Source: Raillietiella orientalis | Taxonomy: Eukaryota | Assembly (NCBI GenBank): GCA_036172245.1 | Contig: JAYWIR010000005.1 | Span: 1,116,001-1,180,000 of the forward strand | Direction: 5' to 3' | Length of the DNA: 64,000 nt | Shown: in pieces, positions 46,550 through 59,500 of the stretch | Position numbering within the stretch: the first letter of the stretch is position 1 | How the letters are laid out: the number at the start of each line of letters is the position of its first letter | The notes under the pieces: generated by a model | The model's database searches: none | Told to the model about the DNA's origin: nothing | What the model saw: the letters and a program-made list of their open reading frames with translations, nothing else | Translations under genes and position numbers: made by a program

Positions 46550-49500
46550 TTTCCTTCCCCTTAAAGGAGCAGAATTTTTCCTTTCTTGAAAGATATCTGC
46601 AACCCTGTGGAGATCGAAAATTGCGATGGTCTTCGACAACAGGCGGAGAAAAATTTGGCAGCAATTTGCGGATGTCTTCTCTCCTTCTTCGCGACGGGCA
46701 TCCATCACTTTCACTTTCGGTACAGACGAACCATATGGCGTTCATCCGACGTGAAATACAGTAAATCTCATCCGTCATCGCACATTTCATCCGAGTTCCA
46801 TCAAACTCCAGTCGCTTAGTAATCAGCGCCTAAGCGATAGATCGAAAAGAAATAGACAAAATAAACGACAAACAAAAAGCAGCCTGCAGATGAGTTGCTT
46901 TTTGAGGGTCCTCTGTCGAAATATCAAGTGCATAGCCTGACCCTGCTTTTGTACCCCAGCTGTACACTCTCTTCTAGTAGTGCTGCTAGAACTCTGCTCT
47001 GCATCCATCCAAGGGAAAACCTCATATACCCGTTGCAGCGCCATTTCGTTGTCATCCTCTGCGAATAGTCGCCCATACCCTCCCTGACGAAATGGGGCTG
47101 TTTCGAATGGGGGGAGGGGGTTGCCGATCCGCACACCGGCGGAGGATGGTGCGGGAGCTTTCGAAAGGGGCTCGCAACCGAGAAGTTCTACCGCGTTCCA
47201 CGAATCCCAGCTCTCGGTGCGAATTTTAATCAGAACAAAACACGTGCTCCCCCTACCTTTCTGCTCACTGCGCCGCCTGGATCACGCTCGAACTTGGACG
47301 AGTGCACGCCCAAGTCCCTGCCTGATCGCAGGAGCAGTTAACCGGGTTGCCGAGCGACGTTGCTGCGCATTCCGACAGAGAACGCCGCCAACCATATTGG
47401 AATCAGCTGATGCTGCTGGTACGGATCGACATCCGAGCTGGCGCCTGCCACTCCGGGGTGGAACGGACGTTTGGCGTGCCTCGCTTTGCTGGCGCGGGGA
47501 CAGCGGCGCCCTGGCTCTCCCCGCGCGGGAAGCCGTCCCCTCCTTCCCTGCCTTCCATGCCATCCCCGAGTCTTTCTTTCTCCACGCTTACCCATTCCAG
47601 AAGCTGGCGGCGCCGCGTGACTTCCTGGTGCCGCGTGCATTCGTGCCTCGTCCCAACAGGGGGGGGGAGACTCCCTTACTCGGGGCGGCGGTCCGCTCGG
47701 CCTGCGCTCGTGGCAACAATGGGGGGTTACGACAGCAACGCGTGGGAGGAGCGGCCATTTTGCTTCTTTTCTTTTTCCTTTTTGCAAAAAAGAACCTGCG
47801 TTACCTCTGGATGCCCGTGACGAGCTGACAAGGAGGCTTTTCGGAATAAACACGTTTAGGAGAAAAAAAAACAAAAGACAAAAAACAAATTCCAGTTTCG
47901 GAAATGAGCATTTGTTGTTGTTGTTTTTGTGGTTGTTATATGAAAGAGGAAAAGTTGTTCGTTCCCGAGGAGTCGGTCGCTGAAAATGCTGGAGATTTCA
48001 GGCCGCTCTCCTCCTGGTTGAGTAAAATTCAGTGTATTTTCATCTCAGCTTTTAACCTACTTCCGTTCCCGTACGATTTCATGTCGTTTTTATTTTCGTC
48101 TCGGTTTCATGCTTTCCCGCATTTTTATGTGATTTTTTGTTTGTTTGTTATTTCCGCTGCATGCGAATTCCTTGTCGCTTAACAAATTTAAGGGATTCAC
48201 CGGTGGGAAGGAGGAGGGGGGATCACCTTAATCGCGCACACTCGAGTTCCCAAACAAACTCCAGGTTCCATTCAATTACAAACGAACGCAGGACTTTTTG
48301 GCTTCCCATTAATATATCTTATCCGTGTGTGATGCTTTCGTTTCAATTCATTGCATACCTCATTGCCTTCGTGCCAATTTTTCATTTCGGCTTTGCACCA
48401 ACTTTCTGTCCTCTTCGCTTCATGTCAACCCTTTATCTCGGTGTTATTTTCATATCAAATGCACGCTTTTTGTACCTCAGCTGCATGAATCTTGCAAGAG
48501 TTTCTCCTTGGGCCGTGCGTGCCAACTGGAGTGGGGCAGACACTGGGAAAAGTATCTTCCGATCCTCTTCCTGTTTTTGACATCGCCATCATCCCGGGTT
48601 CCCGAAACGCCCCTGTTCCAAGGACACGCTGCAGTTCGTTCGCGGTCGAGAAAGTCCGCAGTTGCTATTCTAGGTGAGAGGGGGGGGGGGCTTCGCATTT
48701 GCGTGGAAAAGCGGCTCCGTCAGTTGCGTCCTGGCAATCCTTTTTTTTTTCTTCTCCCTTCCCCCCCCCCCCTCTCTCTACCCTAAATGCGCAGCAGCTT
48801 CGGCATGGCGGTGCCTCCCGGCACGCAGATGCGCCGCGCGCACGGCAGCGAGGCGCCTGCGGTGGCTCAGTCCTGGGAGTGTCTTCTTTCGTCTTGGGAA
48901 GCATTCGGCTGCAGGTGCCGGTAGAGTTGGTCGTGGAGCGACTGACACTTCGTCTCCAGCTTGAGGAACCGCCGGGCTTCAGTTCCTCCCAGCTCGCTCG
49001 GAGGCCGAGATGCTCCTTGTTTCGGATGGACACTTGCGCGCGTCCAGGCACAAGGAGGAAAAGGGAGGGGGAGCGGCGGCGGCGGCGGTGGAGGCTCCCC
49101 ACGAAGGTCAGCAAAAGCAGGAAAAAAGGGCAGCCCGCACGCGGAGCCCTTTCCCACAGCGGCGGCTGCGGAGGCACCGATGGTCCGCCAGGCGTCCCTC
49201 CACTCCCAGCGTTCTTCCTCCTCTCGCTCTCACGCAACTCGTTTGCTCCGCGCGTTGCTTGATCCGTGGCGAAGGGGAAAGCGCACCAGTCGGCGAGCGA
49301 CGCTCTCTGCCAGTTGGAAAGAATGCGCATCTTCTTCTCCAAGAGGAGCAGCAGGTCGATTCTCAGGGAAGGAGCGGGCGGGAACGCGAAAGCTCTCCCG
49401 GTCCTGCGAGTCGCTTCAGTGCCGAAGCTTCTTCCCTGCAGTTCTCAGGTTCTTTCTGCTTCTTCGGCTTGCCGGACGCCGAGTTGGTCTCCACCAGGCG

Positions 49501-52500
49501 CTTAGGATTTTCCGCTTCCAGAAAACCTTTCGTGAGGGGGCGTTCCTTCCTCAAAGGATCTGCCCTCTCGATCAGACCTCTCCTACCGGACCGTAGCCGC
49601 CTATCCGCCTCCTGGTGCATGGAACTGCAACGGAGACTGAGGAGGCTGGGGCGTCCGAGCGGAAAAGCGGGGTCGAGGAGGTGGGTCGGGCAGCAATGGA
49701 TGGAGGATAGTGGATAGCGGCGAGCATTACCGGCGAGGGCTGAGACAGGAAAGCGGCGGCGGTCGCATAGGGGTGAAGTGGCGCTGGCCACCACCATTCC
49801 CTTCCCCGAGGTCACGGAGAAACCTGGAGCCTTCGACGCTCCCGGACCTTCTCGTTCTCCTCTCTTCACATAAAGCGGGGGCTTCCCATCGTCTCCTCTC
49901 GTCGTCCAAAGGGTCTGCGGGCTTCTTCCCCTCCCTTCGGGCTGCCCGGGCAGCGGTTGCGCATCATCCCGGCTTGTGTTATCCTGCCTCCAACGAAGGG
50001 CTGCGTTGAGAACATTGTCTCCTTCCCAGGCCCTGGTAGGGGGAAGGATCACGGCGAATCCACCCTGTTAACCGATCAGCGCCTACGCAGAGGCGTCTTT
50101 GCGCTCCCCTCCCTCTGTGTGCTCCTTCCCCACGCCTGCACCTCTGGGCCTCGCCCTTCTCAGCGAACCGCAAGTCATTCGCTCCCGTCCCAGCAGCAAG
50201 GCGTTGCTTTGGAAAGGGCTCGCGTAGGTTCATCCTCAAGACATCGCGCGGCTGTTTCACGAACAATCCCGTCATCAAAGGAGTAAAAACCGACTCTTGT
50301 CGGAAGTGCAGGAGTTCGTGCCCCTCCCGAAAGATGTCAGGGCGCGTATGGAAGTTGGCCGCGGCGCCGGCGCGCACGCAAATTCGCTCCAACGAGCTCG
50401 CCTCCCCGTTGTTGACCTCGGTGAGCTGCGGTGGCCGCACACGCGTGCCGGACAAACGGTCGGCGGATTGCTTATCGTGCCCTACTTTTTTTTTTGTTTT
50501 CTAACCCCCTTTCCTTAGCGGCAAAAATCCGATCTCGGAATTCGTGAAAGTGCCTCCTCGTGTGAGATGCTTGCCGCAGCCTCCGCAGGGTCTTTTCGCT
50601 CTTTTGCTTCCTCTGTTTCTTTGCGCGACACGTGTTCTCCATGGACCGGGCGCGGACGAACACTTGTTGTACTGAGGGCGCCGCAACCCTTTTCTCCGCA
50701 GCAGCGCCGAAAGTAAGCCCTTGCCCGCGCGGTGAGGTGTGTGCTGTCAAGGAAGTTACATATTGGTGTGCTCCCTCGACATTCCGTTTGTGGAGCAAAG
50801 ATTGGTTCGCCCCTGCGTGAGGCAACATTCAAGTGATCCATCTTTGTACGCATGCATTTGCGTTTGGTTTTGTACGTGCAGGCGTGTCCGCTTAATTTGT
50901 ACGCTGCAGATGTTCGCACCCATCCGCCAAGTCGGCAGTTCCTCGCGTTCGTTTCTCGAGCGGTATTTTTTTTTGATTTCCGACCCCTGGTAACCCTGGA
51001 GTGGAGGGAGGCACTAATCTGGGAATCAGCCGGGTCGGGCAACGTCCCGTCATTTGTTGGAAGAGCGTCGTTTTTTTTTTTTTTGCCGCCACGTGCCTGC
51101 GAAGGGCGACTTTCGCTGCTACTGTTGCCTACGCCTTGTTTTTTCCGGGAAAAGCGACTGGCCTTGGCGGCGGGCATCCCGAGTTACGTTTCTCTGCCCG
51201 CATGGGATCACATCGTCTCCACCGCTCGTCGGGGGGGGGGGGATACCGATTCACCTTGCAGGTCAACCCCGGAAACGCCAAAGCTGTGTGGCAGCAGCAC
51301 CACCAGTCCCTAGTAGTAGCCACAGTTCCGTGCAGAGAGATGCCGACGAGGCAGCAGCGTATCAGCGTGCCTTCCGCGGGTGGCTTCCCTCCCGAGGGAG
51401 GGAGCTTGGGAGAGGGGGGGATTGCCTCTTTGCCTCCGCGCGGATAGCCAGGAGTGGTCGGTAGGCTGCAAGCAAGCGGAGCTCACGCCAGAACCATCTG
51501 ACCTCGAGCGCAGTGTTTCCGGCACGTACGTACCAGTCATCCGACCCTCCTCCTCCTTTTGCCGTACCAGCGTGCGCCAGAGGGAAAAGTTCCGCCGAGA
51601 GGGGAGAGAGGAGCAGGCGGGAGTAGAATTGGATCTTCGACTGTCGTCTTTTGCAAGGGCCCGGCCTCCTCGTCTGTCTGGAGGGATCGCCCATTTCTCT
51701 GCTCCCACATTCCCTCCATCCTCTCCAAGATGGTAATCGTCAACAAGCATGGAGTTTCTTTCCGCGTCTCCCGGAGGTCACGAGCAACCTTCGGGCGGCT
51801 GCTCTCTCGAACACCCGATCCCTCGGTCGTTCCGGGCAGGGAGAGGAGAGGAGCGGATCTTTCACAAACAGCAGAGACCGCCGCCGCGTAGGCAGCGGTT
51901 CTGCTGCTTGTGAAGCAGCCTCGGCTTCACAAGCAGCCTCTCGGCTTAGGAGCCGGCAGTGACGGCTCCTAAGCCGTGAGGAAGGCCCAGCTGCTCGCTT
52001 GGCTAGGCGTTCCATCTGCTGGGAAACGCCACCGCCAGCGGGCAGTCGCCGTGTCACACCGTACTCGCCGCGGAAGAACCAGCACAGGTGGTCAAAGGGA
52101 GAGCGTTTGGGCGGGGCTGCTGGCAGGAGGGGGGGGGGACCGTCAGGCCGACCGCTAGGCGCGCGTGAAGACCGAGACTGCCAGCCGGAGAAGCCTCCTC
52201 CCCCCTCCTTCCCGAAGCCAGCAACGTACAGGGAACTCGCGCGACTGCGGTGCTGCAGCTACTGTTCGCGCATGCGCCTTGGCGTGCGTGGGGCACACTG
52301 GGCGTCCGCACCTTAAAACCACGCGATCGTTGCTTTCCCCATTGGTCGCTTCGAATCATAAATCAGAGAAAACTGCGTTCCATTTCTTCGTCTCGCTAGC
52401 TCCTAAGCGACTTCGCTCCTTTGTTCTCACCCACTTCCATCTAACCTTCCGATCTCTCTTTTACTTCTTCCGTTTTCTTTTTTTTCTTTTCCTTATTACC

Positions 52501-55500
52501 TTCAATTACACTTTGAAGACGTACGGCCAGGAGCGTCCAACGATGCGGCTGCTCTGATTAAAAATTGCCATTATTGACCAAATCATACTTGAGAAATGGC
52601 ATCAATTTGCATTACCTCAATTCGGGTAGGGGGGAGCGAGGGGAGGGGAGGAACTCCTTCCTTCCTCTCCTCTCCTATTCCTCCTATTCCTCCTCCAGCC
52701 ACGCGCAGTTTGGTCCACTTACATTGCTTTACGAGGGAGGAACCCGTTACCGTCGGAACAGCTTTCCCTTGTTTTGTCTTTCAAACCTATTTGCGTATGT
52801 AACTTGAGGATGTTTCGGTATTAGAATCTGCTGCCATGGTTATCGTTTTACTGAATCTGCAAGCGATACTCTCCCTTTCATCCACCCCCTCCCCCATCTC
52901 AAGGTCGTTCCCAGTACCGGCCGTCAGTCATCGATTGATGCGCGTCGTCGCACCCCACTGAGATATGGGTCCCGGAAACAATATCTCATCCCCGTTCCTG
53001 GCTTTGAGCGCAATGACGCGTTGCCGGGAGCAACAGTTTCTCCAGCCCAGGAGTTAGCTTTGCGGCAAGTTCTTGTCGCCATGCTTCCCCTCGAAGCTCT
53101 TCACTCCGTCAAGAATGGTGAGGAAAGCAATCACCAGCATCATTTCCGTTTTCAAGTTTCTTCGTTAACCGTTCGCAATCCTTATTTATTCCCGCTTGCC
53201 AACGCTCATGCACGTCATAGGATACGGTAATCATTCCATCTAATCAGTGGCGCCCTTTCCTATAGAATATGGCCAGCTTACCAATGGCTACCTACAGAAA
53301 TGCAGTGTTGTCCATTCCTCCTCCTCCATGCAATTAATTGGTAGTTTACCTTTACCTCTTGTGTTCCTTTGTTTCCATATGTTTGAAATATTTCAAGTGG
53401 GTGGACAACGAGTTTTTTTTTTTTTTTTTTTGCACATTGGAGTGTTCTTTTCCTTTCTGCGACCATTTTACTTCCATATCTAATCTCACTTCCTGCAGCT
53501 CTTATTTCACTTGAATCCATGTTTGGAATAGAGTCGAAAATGTTCACACACCAGAAATTATTTGTAGAATGAATGAATACAAGTGCAAAATTTTATAGCA
53601 TTATCTGGTTGCGTTAGGATACTTTCATTCGCGTTTGACTATCTTTCATAATCCAATTCGAAGGAACTGTTCACTCCCATAGCCTGCTTTAGGATCTTTG
53701 ATCTGTAAGTTCCCAACCTATTTCTTGGGTCCGTTCAGATCTGAGCTTCCTGAGACAGGGTACAGGTCCAAGTGGTCCAAGATTCCACAGTATTCACGGA
53801 AAGTTTCTCTTGTTTCCCGCACGTATTCAGTTGGTGCCGCTATTGCAGGCTGGGATCTCTTGTTTTGATATCTATTCGCTCATCATTTCCGAGTTCATTT
53901 TGGATATCCATTCTCCCTGCGCAGCCCGCCTAAGCCCCTATTTGAAGACTGCTCGCGGGTCGCAGTTGACACATGCCAAAACGACTTGGTCATTTTAGAG
54001 CATGAAGCCAAAGTTTGAAAAGTTTTCCGGGAAATAGACGCCCACTCAGCATGCCCAGCTCTTCCCTGTTGGTATCCGCTGATTTTCGAATCCATCGTGT
54101 GATGCCACGGACCAGAGTTTCTCACTAGCAACGCGTGTGCCTGGTTCCCGGTAATCCTGAATCATACTTCCCATGCGTGCAAACATCGCGATGCTTCATC
54201 TCTGCACAATGGTGTCCATTCACCGGAAAGGTGGCTCCATGCCCAACTTCTTTCCGGGATCTGCGTTTTTTCTTCTTTTCTCGACGGTTCTCTCCTTCAA
54301 ATTCGTCATTTTATCCTTTCGTGGGGTGTTTTATTTTGCTAAACCAAACGGGGAAGATGGAAAAACAAAACAAGCAAACAAATGTGGAAGCATGTTCGCG
54401 TTGCTATCTTAAAAAGCAAACTGATGGGGTTTGGGATACATTTTCGAGTATGTGTCACAAATATTCTACAAATACAGCAAAAGCCTTCGTAGTAGAGAAG
54501 ACGCACAAGGTCACTGATTTGTACTTTTCGCGCCCTTTATTTACATTATTGATATGGTAAGTTAACACAGTACCGACAAAGAATTTTTCTGTGTGTTGGC
54601 ACTACTTTAATGAAATCCATTTTCAATCGTTTCGACCTGAATTACACTTCATGCAGGTTTCATGTGCATTCGAAACGTCAACATCCGAGGCCACTGCAGC
54701 GAGCTTTTCAGATCGGGATTGAGGTGTTGAGAGGACGTCAGGTGTATATTCGTTCCCCGTCAATCCCCGAAAATTCTGCAGCACCTCTGAGGTTCTTCGT
54801 GTTTTCCATTCTTTCACTTTTTTTCAATGTTTTCAATGAGTCCAGCGGATCGACTCTTTCGCCAAACGAAAGCACAGCTGGGAGGGAGATCCGCTGTGCC
54901 CTTATTTCGTGAGATGAACCTGAGGAGCGCGAAACCATGACCTGAAGAGGCTGATGAAATTCGGCAAGAAAAGAAGCCACCATTCTATGTCCATCACTAT
55001 ACTCAGCAGCACTCGAAACCATGGCAGTTTTCGTTCCCCAGGTGACCTGCACTGCCATGCGTGGGAGCACAGCTGGACTCGAGCTTGCGCCTTGTTTTCT
55101 CTTAACCCACTGAGCTGCTCTTCTCCTAGAAACGAAAGGCATCCACAATTCACTTCCGTGTGGTTTCCCCCATGGTAATGGAGCTTTGCATGCCTGGAAA
55201 ACTTTCGTAAGAAAATACTGCCATAACGTCGAATCGGGAGGAATCGGTTTCGCGTTCCGCAAAGTCTCAAAGTTTAAAAGAGCTCTTGGCCGCTCGAAGA
55301 ACGGAAACCGCTCCTGGGACCATTTGATCCAACTTGAATTTTTTTTTTTTCTCACAGGAGAATCTGTACCACCCATCAATTAAAATGTGTATTCGAACTC
55401 CAGTCGATCTGCACAAGATTCCTTTGAATTAAATCCATCTTCCAAGTCGGTGAAGATTTTCGGATTTTTTCTAAAAAATTTGATGCATGCCTACTTTGAT

Positions 55501-56598
55501 AGATTGAAGAGGAAATTATTAGCACACTCACGAAAGGGAAGAGGGAGAGAGAGAGAGAGAGGGAGGGAGGGAGGGAGGGAGGGAGGAAAAGGCAAATGTT
55601 TTCGTAAGTAATTACGAATTTCCATGCCCTTCAGCGTAGGATTCAAGCAAATTCAAATATGTCTTCAGATATTCCTTCTGGTAACGATTTGCTTTCGTGA
55701 ATTAACTCCGTCGCGTAACGCGGATAAATGCAGGTCATGGATGCAATCCTTTTACTTTGCCTCCGGTGGTGGGATTCAGTGCCGAGGAGGGAGACGTCAT
55801 GTGCGTGGGGGGAGGCCGAGCAGGTCTTCGGAGGTCTGCACAGGGCGTCGGGATGATGTGACTCGGATGGGTGCCCACTCATCAAGAGCTGCCGGCCCGG
55901 AAACTTAAGAATTTGCTTAGCAGTTCTACCTCGTAGCGAAAAATGTGATCGGCCCCTTGGCAACTGAGACGGTTCCCCACGGTGTACATTTCTTTTCGTT
56001 TATGTGTATTTTGTTGTTTTTCGTTTGTTCTTTTTCTTCTTTCTTACGAGGAAGGTGGCTTGAAGGTAAGTAGGAAAGAAACTGTGAGTGTGTGAAATCC
56101 CGTCTACCAAAGGCTCTCAGACTTTGGTAGGCGAGCATACCTGAAATGTTCGTTTCTTCCAAGCAAGTGCATGCATTTTCCAAATGCCTCTCCTCCTCAA
56201 ATCTTCTAGGTAACAAGTTTGCTGTGCATTCTTTATTTTTCTCCCATTTTTTGCATGTGGTGGATTTTCGATTGTCAGGCTGAAAGTGATGAGAAAAGCA
56301 ACTTTCTTTCTGATAAAGTTGCTAAAATAAATGAAAAATGGAAACTGCAACTTGTAAACTGCACATGTTTGGTTTGCCACTGAATGTTGTTTTTTTCAGC
56401 AGTGACAGATTCATGGTAGGTCTACCCATACCTAGGGACGATGAAAGTAAGGTTCAGGAAATAGCCGTACATTGAATCGTTTATCGAGTAAAAGTTTTGA
56501 GAACTCAGGGGTTCTGAAGGGAGTTATGTGTCGGTCCCAAAGGCCAACATTTGATGTTGATTATCAAATTTAGAACTTTGACACTACAGTGGGGTGCC

Positions 56599-59500
56599 AT
56601 GGGAAATGTGAAAAGTGCAGCACTTGATGATGATTCCGTCGATAATTCTCTTCAGAAATCTCACTGGAATAATGGAGTGAATTCAACGATTCAAGAGAAC
56701 AGAGATGTGAAGATTTGTCAGGGTGTTTTCCCCATTAAAGAGAGAGAATCTGAAAATCCTGAAGTGAATAGATGTGAATCAAAAAAGGTTCAGTGGTCAC
56801 GGCCAACCATCAACACGAAAAGGAAATCAAAAACTGAGGATATACACGGTGCTTTCAATAAATTTCAATCACCCATGCCTAAAGCTGAGGAAATCGAAGA
56901 GAAGTTCGTAAAAATACTTGTAAGTATGTTTTCCTTCGTTGGATTTGTGAACTGTGGCCGGAAGTATTCAATGAATTACAAGTTAATGGTTTTTATTCCC
57001 AGTATTTGTGTTTTGCACATTGTATTTTATATTTGTATAACTTATCAACCTCATATCGAAACAAACACATGCGTGTGCATATGTTTGTTTATCCCAAGGT
57101 GTCTTTGAATTTTGAATGTAATGGGTAGTTCATAATGATGTTGAAGACAAAAGCACTTGCATCGTCATTCAATAATTTCTTGATGCACTTGATTTTTCCC
57201 TTGTTTCCATGTTTAAAGCATTTCAGAGTCTTATTTTGAAAAGTGAGAACCGTAAAGTTTAAGAATTAACTAGCTTGAGATGGTAAAACCAACACATCTG
57301 ATGCCTGTAAAAGCAATCACTTTTTAAATTTTAATGTGTCATGCTTTTACTGCACTTTGAGGAGCTTGATGGTTATGACTTCAGAATTTCAAGATTCTGA
57401 AAGCTTATGCGCAAGCCTGCAAATATTCAAAATTATATAAATTAATGTAGTCGAGAACTATGAGGTCACATGTAGGCTTCCTGTGTAGGGAATAATGTTA
57501 GTTCTGAAAATGCCACATTTGTTTTTGCCAAGTGGTGTCAGAAGCATTGTTGCAAAATATCCACAATTCCCATGATTCAAACCCCAACAAAATACAGTCA
57601 GATCATTGCTATGGATGATGCAATAAATGATTGTGTTGTTTAGGTAAAAACAGCAACAAACCAACAGCAGATGGAAGGATTTGAAAGAGTTACTTAAGAA
57701 ACACTGTGCATTTCAAGAATACATATACAATATGATGGCTCAGTACTTTGTTTTGCTTATGTGAGATACCATCCCATAGGAATGGTGTCTTGGACTGCCT
57801 TATTAATATCATGTGCAATCATAATGGTGTTTGACTTCCGTCCAAGAAGAATTTTTTTATTTAATTTTGTTGTTAATTATGCTGTTGTGTTACTTGAGAC
57901 TGGTTTTATATCTAATGCATTGCTGGTTTATGATACCACAGCTGGGATAAATTGCTGAATTTTTTTGTCTTTATGTCATTTTCAAACAAGAAGATTGATT
58001 TTAAGCTTAGTTTACCAAATATTGTTCTGACAATTCTACATGACAACTTGATCTTATGTTAACCTATCTTCCTTAGAATTCCTTGGACATACCTCCTGAG
58101 AAAGCCAGAATTCTGTGGCAGTATGACAATGAAAAAAAATGGGAGTTGATATGTGATCAGGTTTGATTTCGTTGAAATGGAATTCACCCTGACAATTCTG
58201 CATTCCTAGGAGAAAGCCCAACCAAAAGAACCCCCATCGTTTTATCTGAATAAGTTGAGAACATTTTTGGACCCGAAAGCCACAAAAAGTGCCAAGGTTT
58301 TGGAACATATGATTTATAAAGCAATGACTGTGATTGCTTTTTCAGAAAAGAAAATTATTACGAGATTCAACGTCAACACAAGTTCTCAGAAATCTGGAGA
58401 TATCACTAAGAACAAACAACATCGAGTAAGCATTTATTATCGTTTTTCCATATCTTTTTGATTCAATTTCGTGATTGAAGTTTGTTAAGCCTTTTTAATT
58501 GAAAGATGGGTTATCGTTTGGTGCCTGAACTTTCGGTTACAGTAGTTTGTAGTCGTTTGCATTGAAGTTGCCTGTGGTAAAATTATTCATTGATGTTTCT
58601 TAACTTCTTTTTCAAATTCATTTGTGAACATGCTTGAGTGTGATACCGATTTATTTTCAGTTTGTTTTTTCCCTTTAGCTTAACAGGGAGACAGTGAGTA
58701 AATCGTAAATGTCGTGTGAAATTTCGTGAAAGTAAAACAAAAAAAGATTGATGTCTTGTTATCCAATTAGATGGGTGCTGGAGTTCTTGAACGCCGACAA
58801 TAACGGGATTGATGTTCTCATTAACTATCTGGTATTTCGTCAGATCACGTTGAGGTAACTGTGATTTTTGGTTTTCCAATCCCCCATTCGTTCCTCCCGT
58901 TGTTCCCAAGCATTATTTGTGCCTGTTTTTCCTTTCTTTTTCTTTTCCTCTTCTTCCCCAGCAGTCGGTTCCCAATCCTGCTCAGGTAAAAGTTTATTGC
59001 CGTATTAGGAAACGTCTCCGGCGCTGGGCGACGTGAGAGTTCAGAAGGAGTGCCTTGTCTTGATTTTGTTTTCCGGGTTAGATGATTTCATTTTCTCCTG
59101 CTTCAAGATTTCCGATGTTTCATTTTTGTTTTTTTTGTCCTTAAAGGGTAGCAGACTGCATTCGGTTGCCTTGCAACGAGTCCGAACAGGACATGCTCCG
59201 TAGCTTTAGGTACTTTGGTGTACCGTAATAATTTAAGGACCGAGTGCCATATCTAGGAAGTGAGCACCGGTTATTGATTTTATGAAGAATGTGTGAGCAA
59301 ATTTGCATATCTGTCGATGCTCCAGTCAATGAACTCAATGAACCTCATTAGTCAGAATGATTAACTGAGTTCTTCTTGAGAGCGTATTCAAGTTCCGCAA
59401 GAAAAAAAAAAATACCGATAGAAATAAATAAATAAGAAAAACGAAGATAAAAATTTGTTGATTCGGGACTCTATGCGGTCCTGTTGGATGTGTAGAGTCG

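Noticed and set aside
46900..47090. GGYGRLF...EMALQRV as a kinase Gly-loop
   Set aside because: No downstream HRD or DFG motifs found in any frame.
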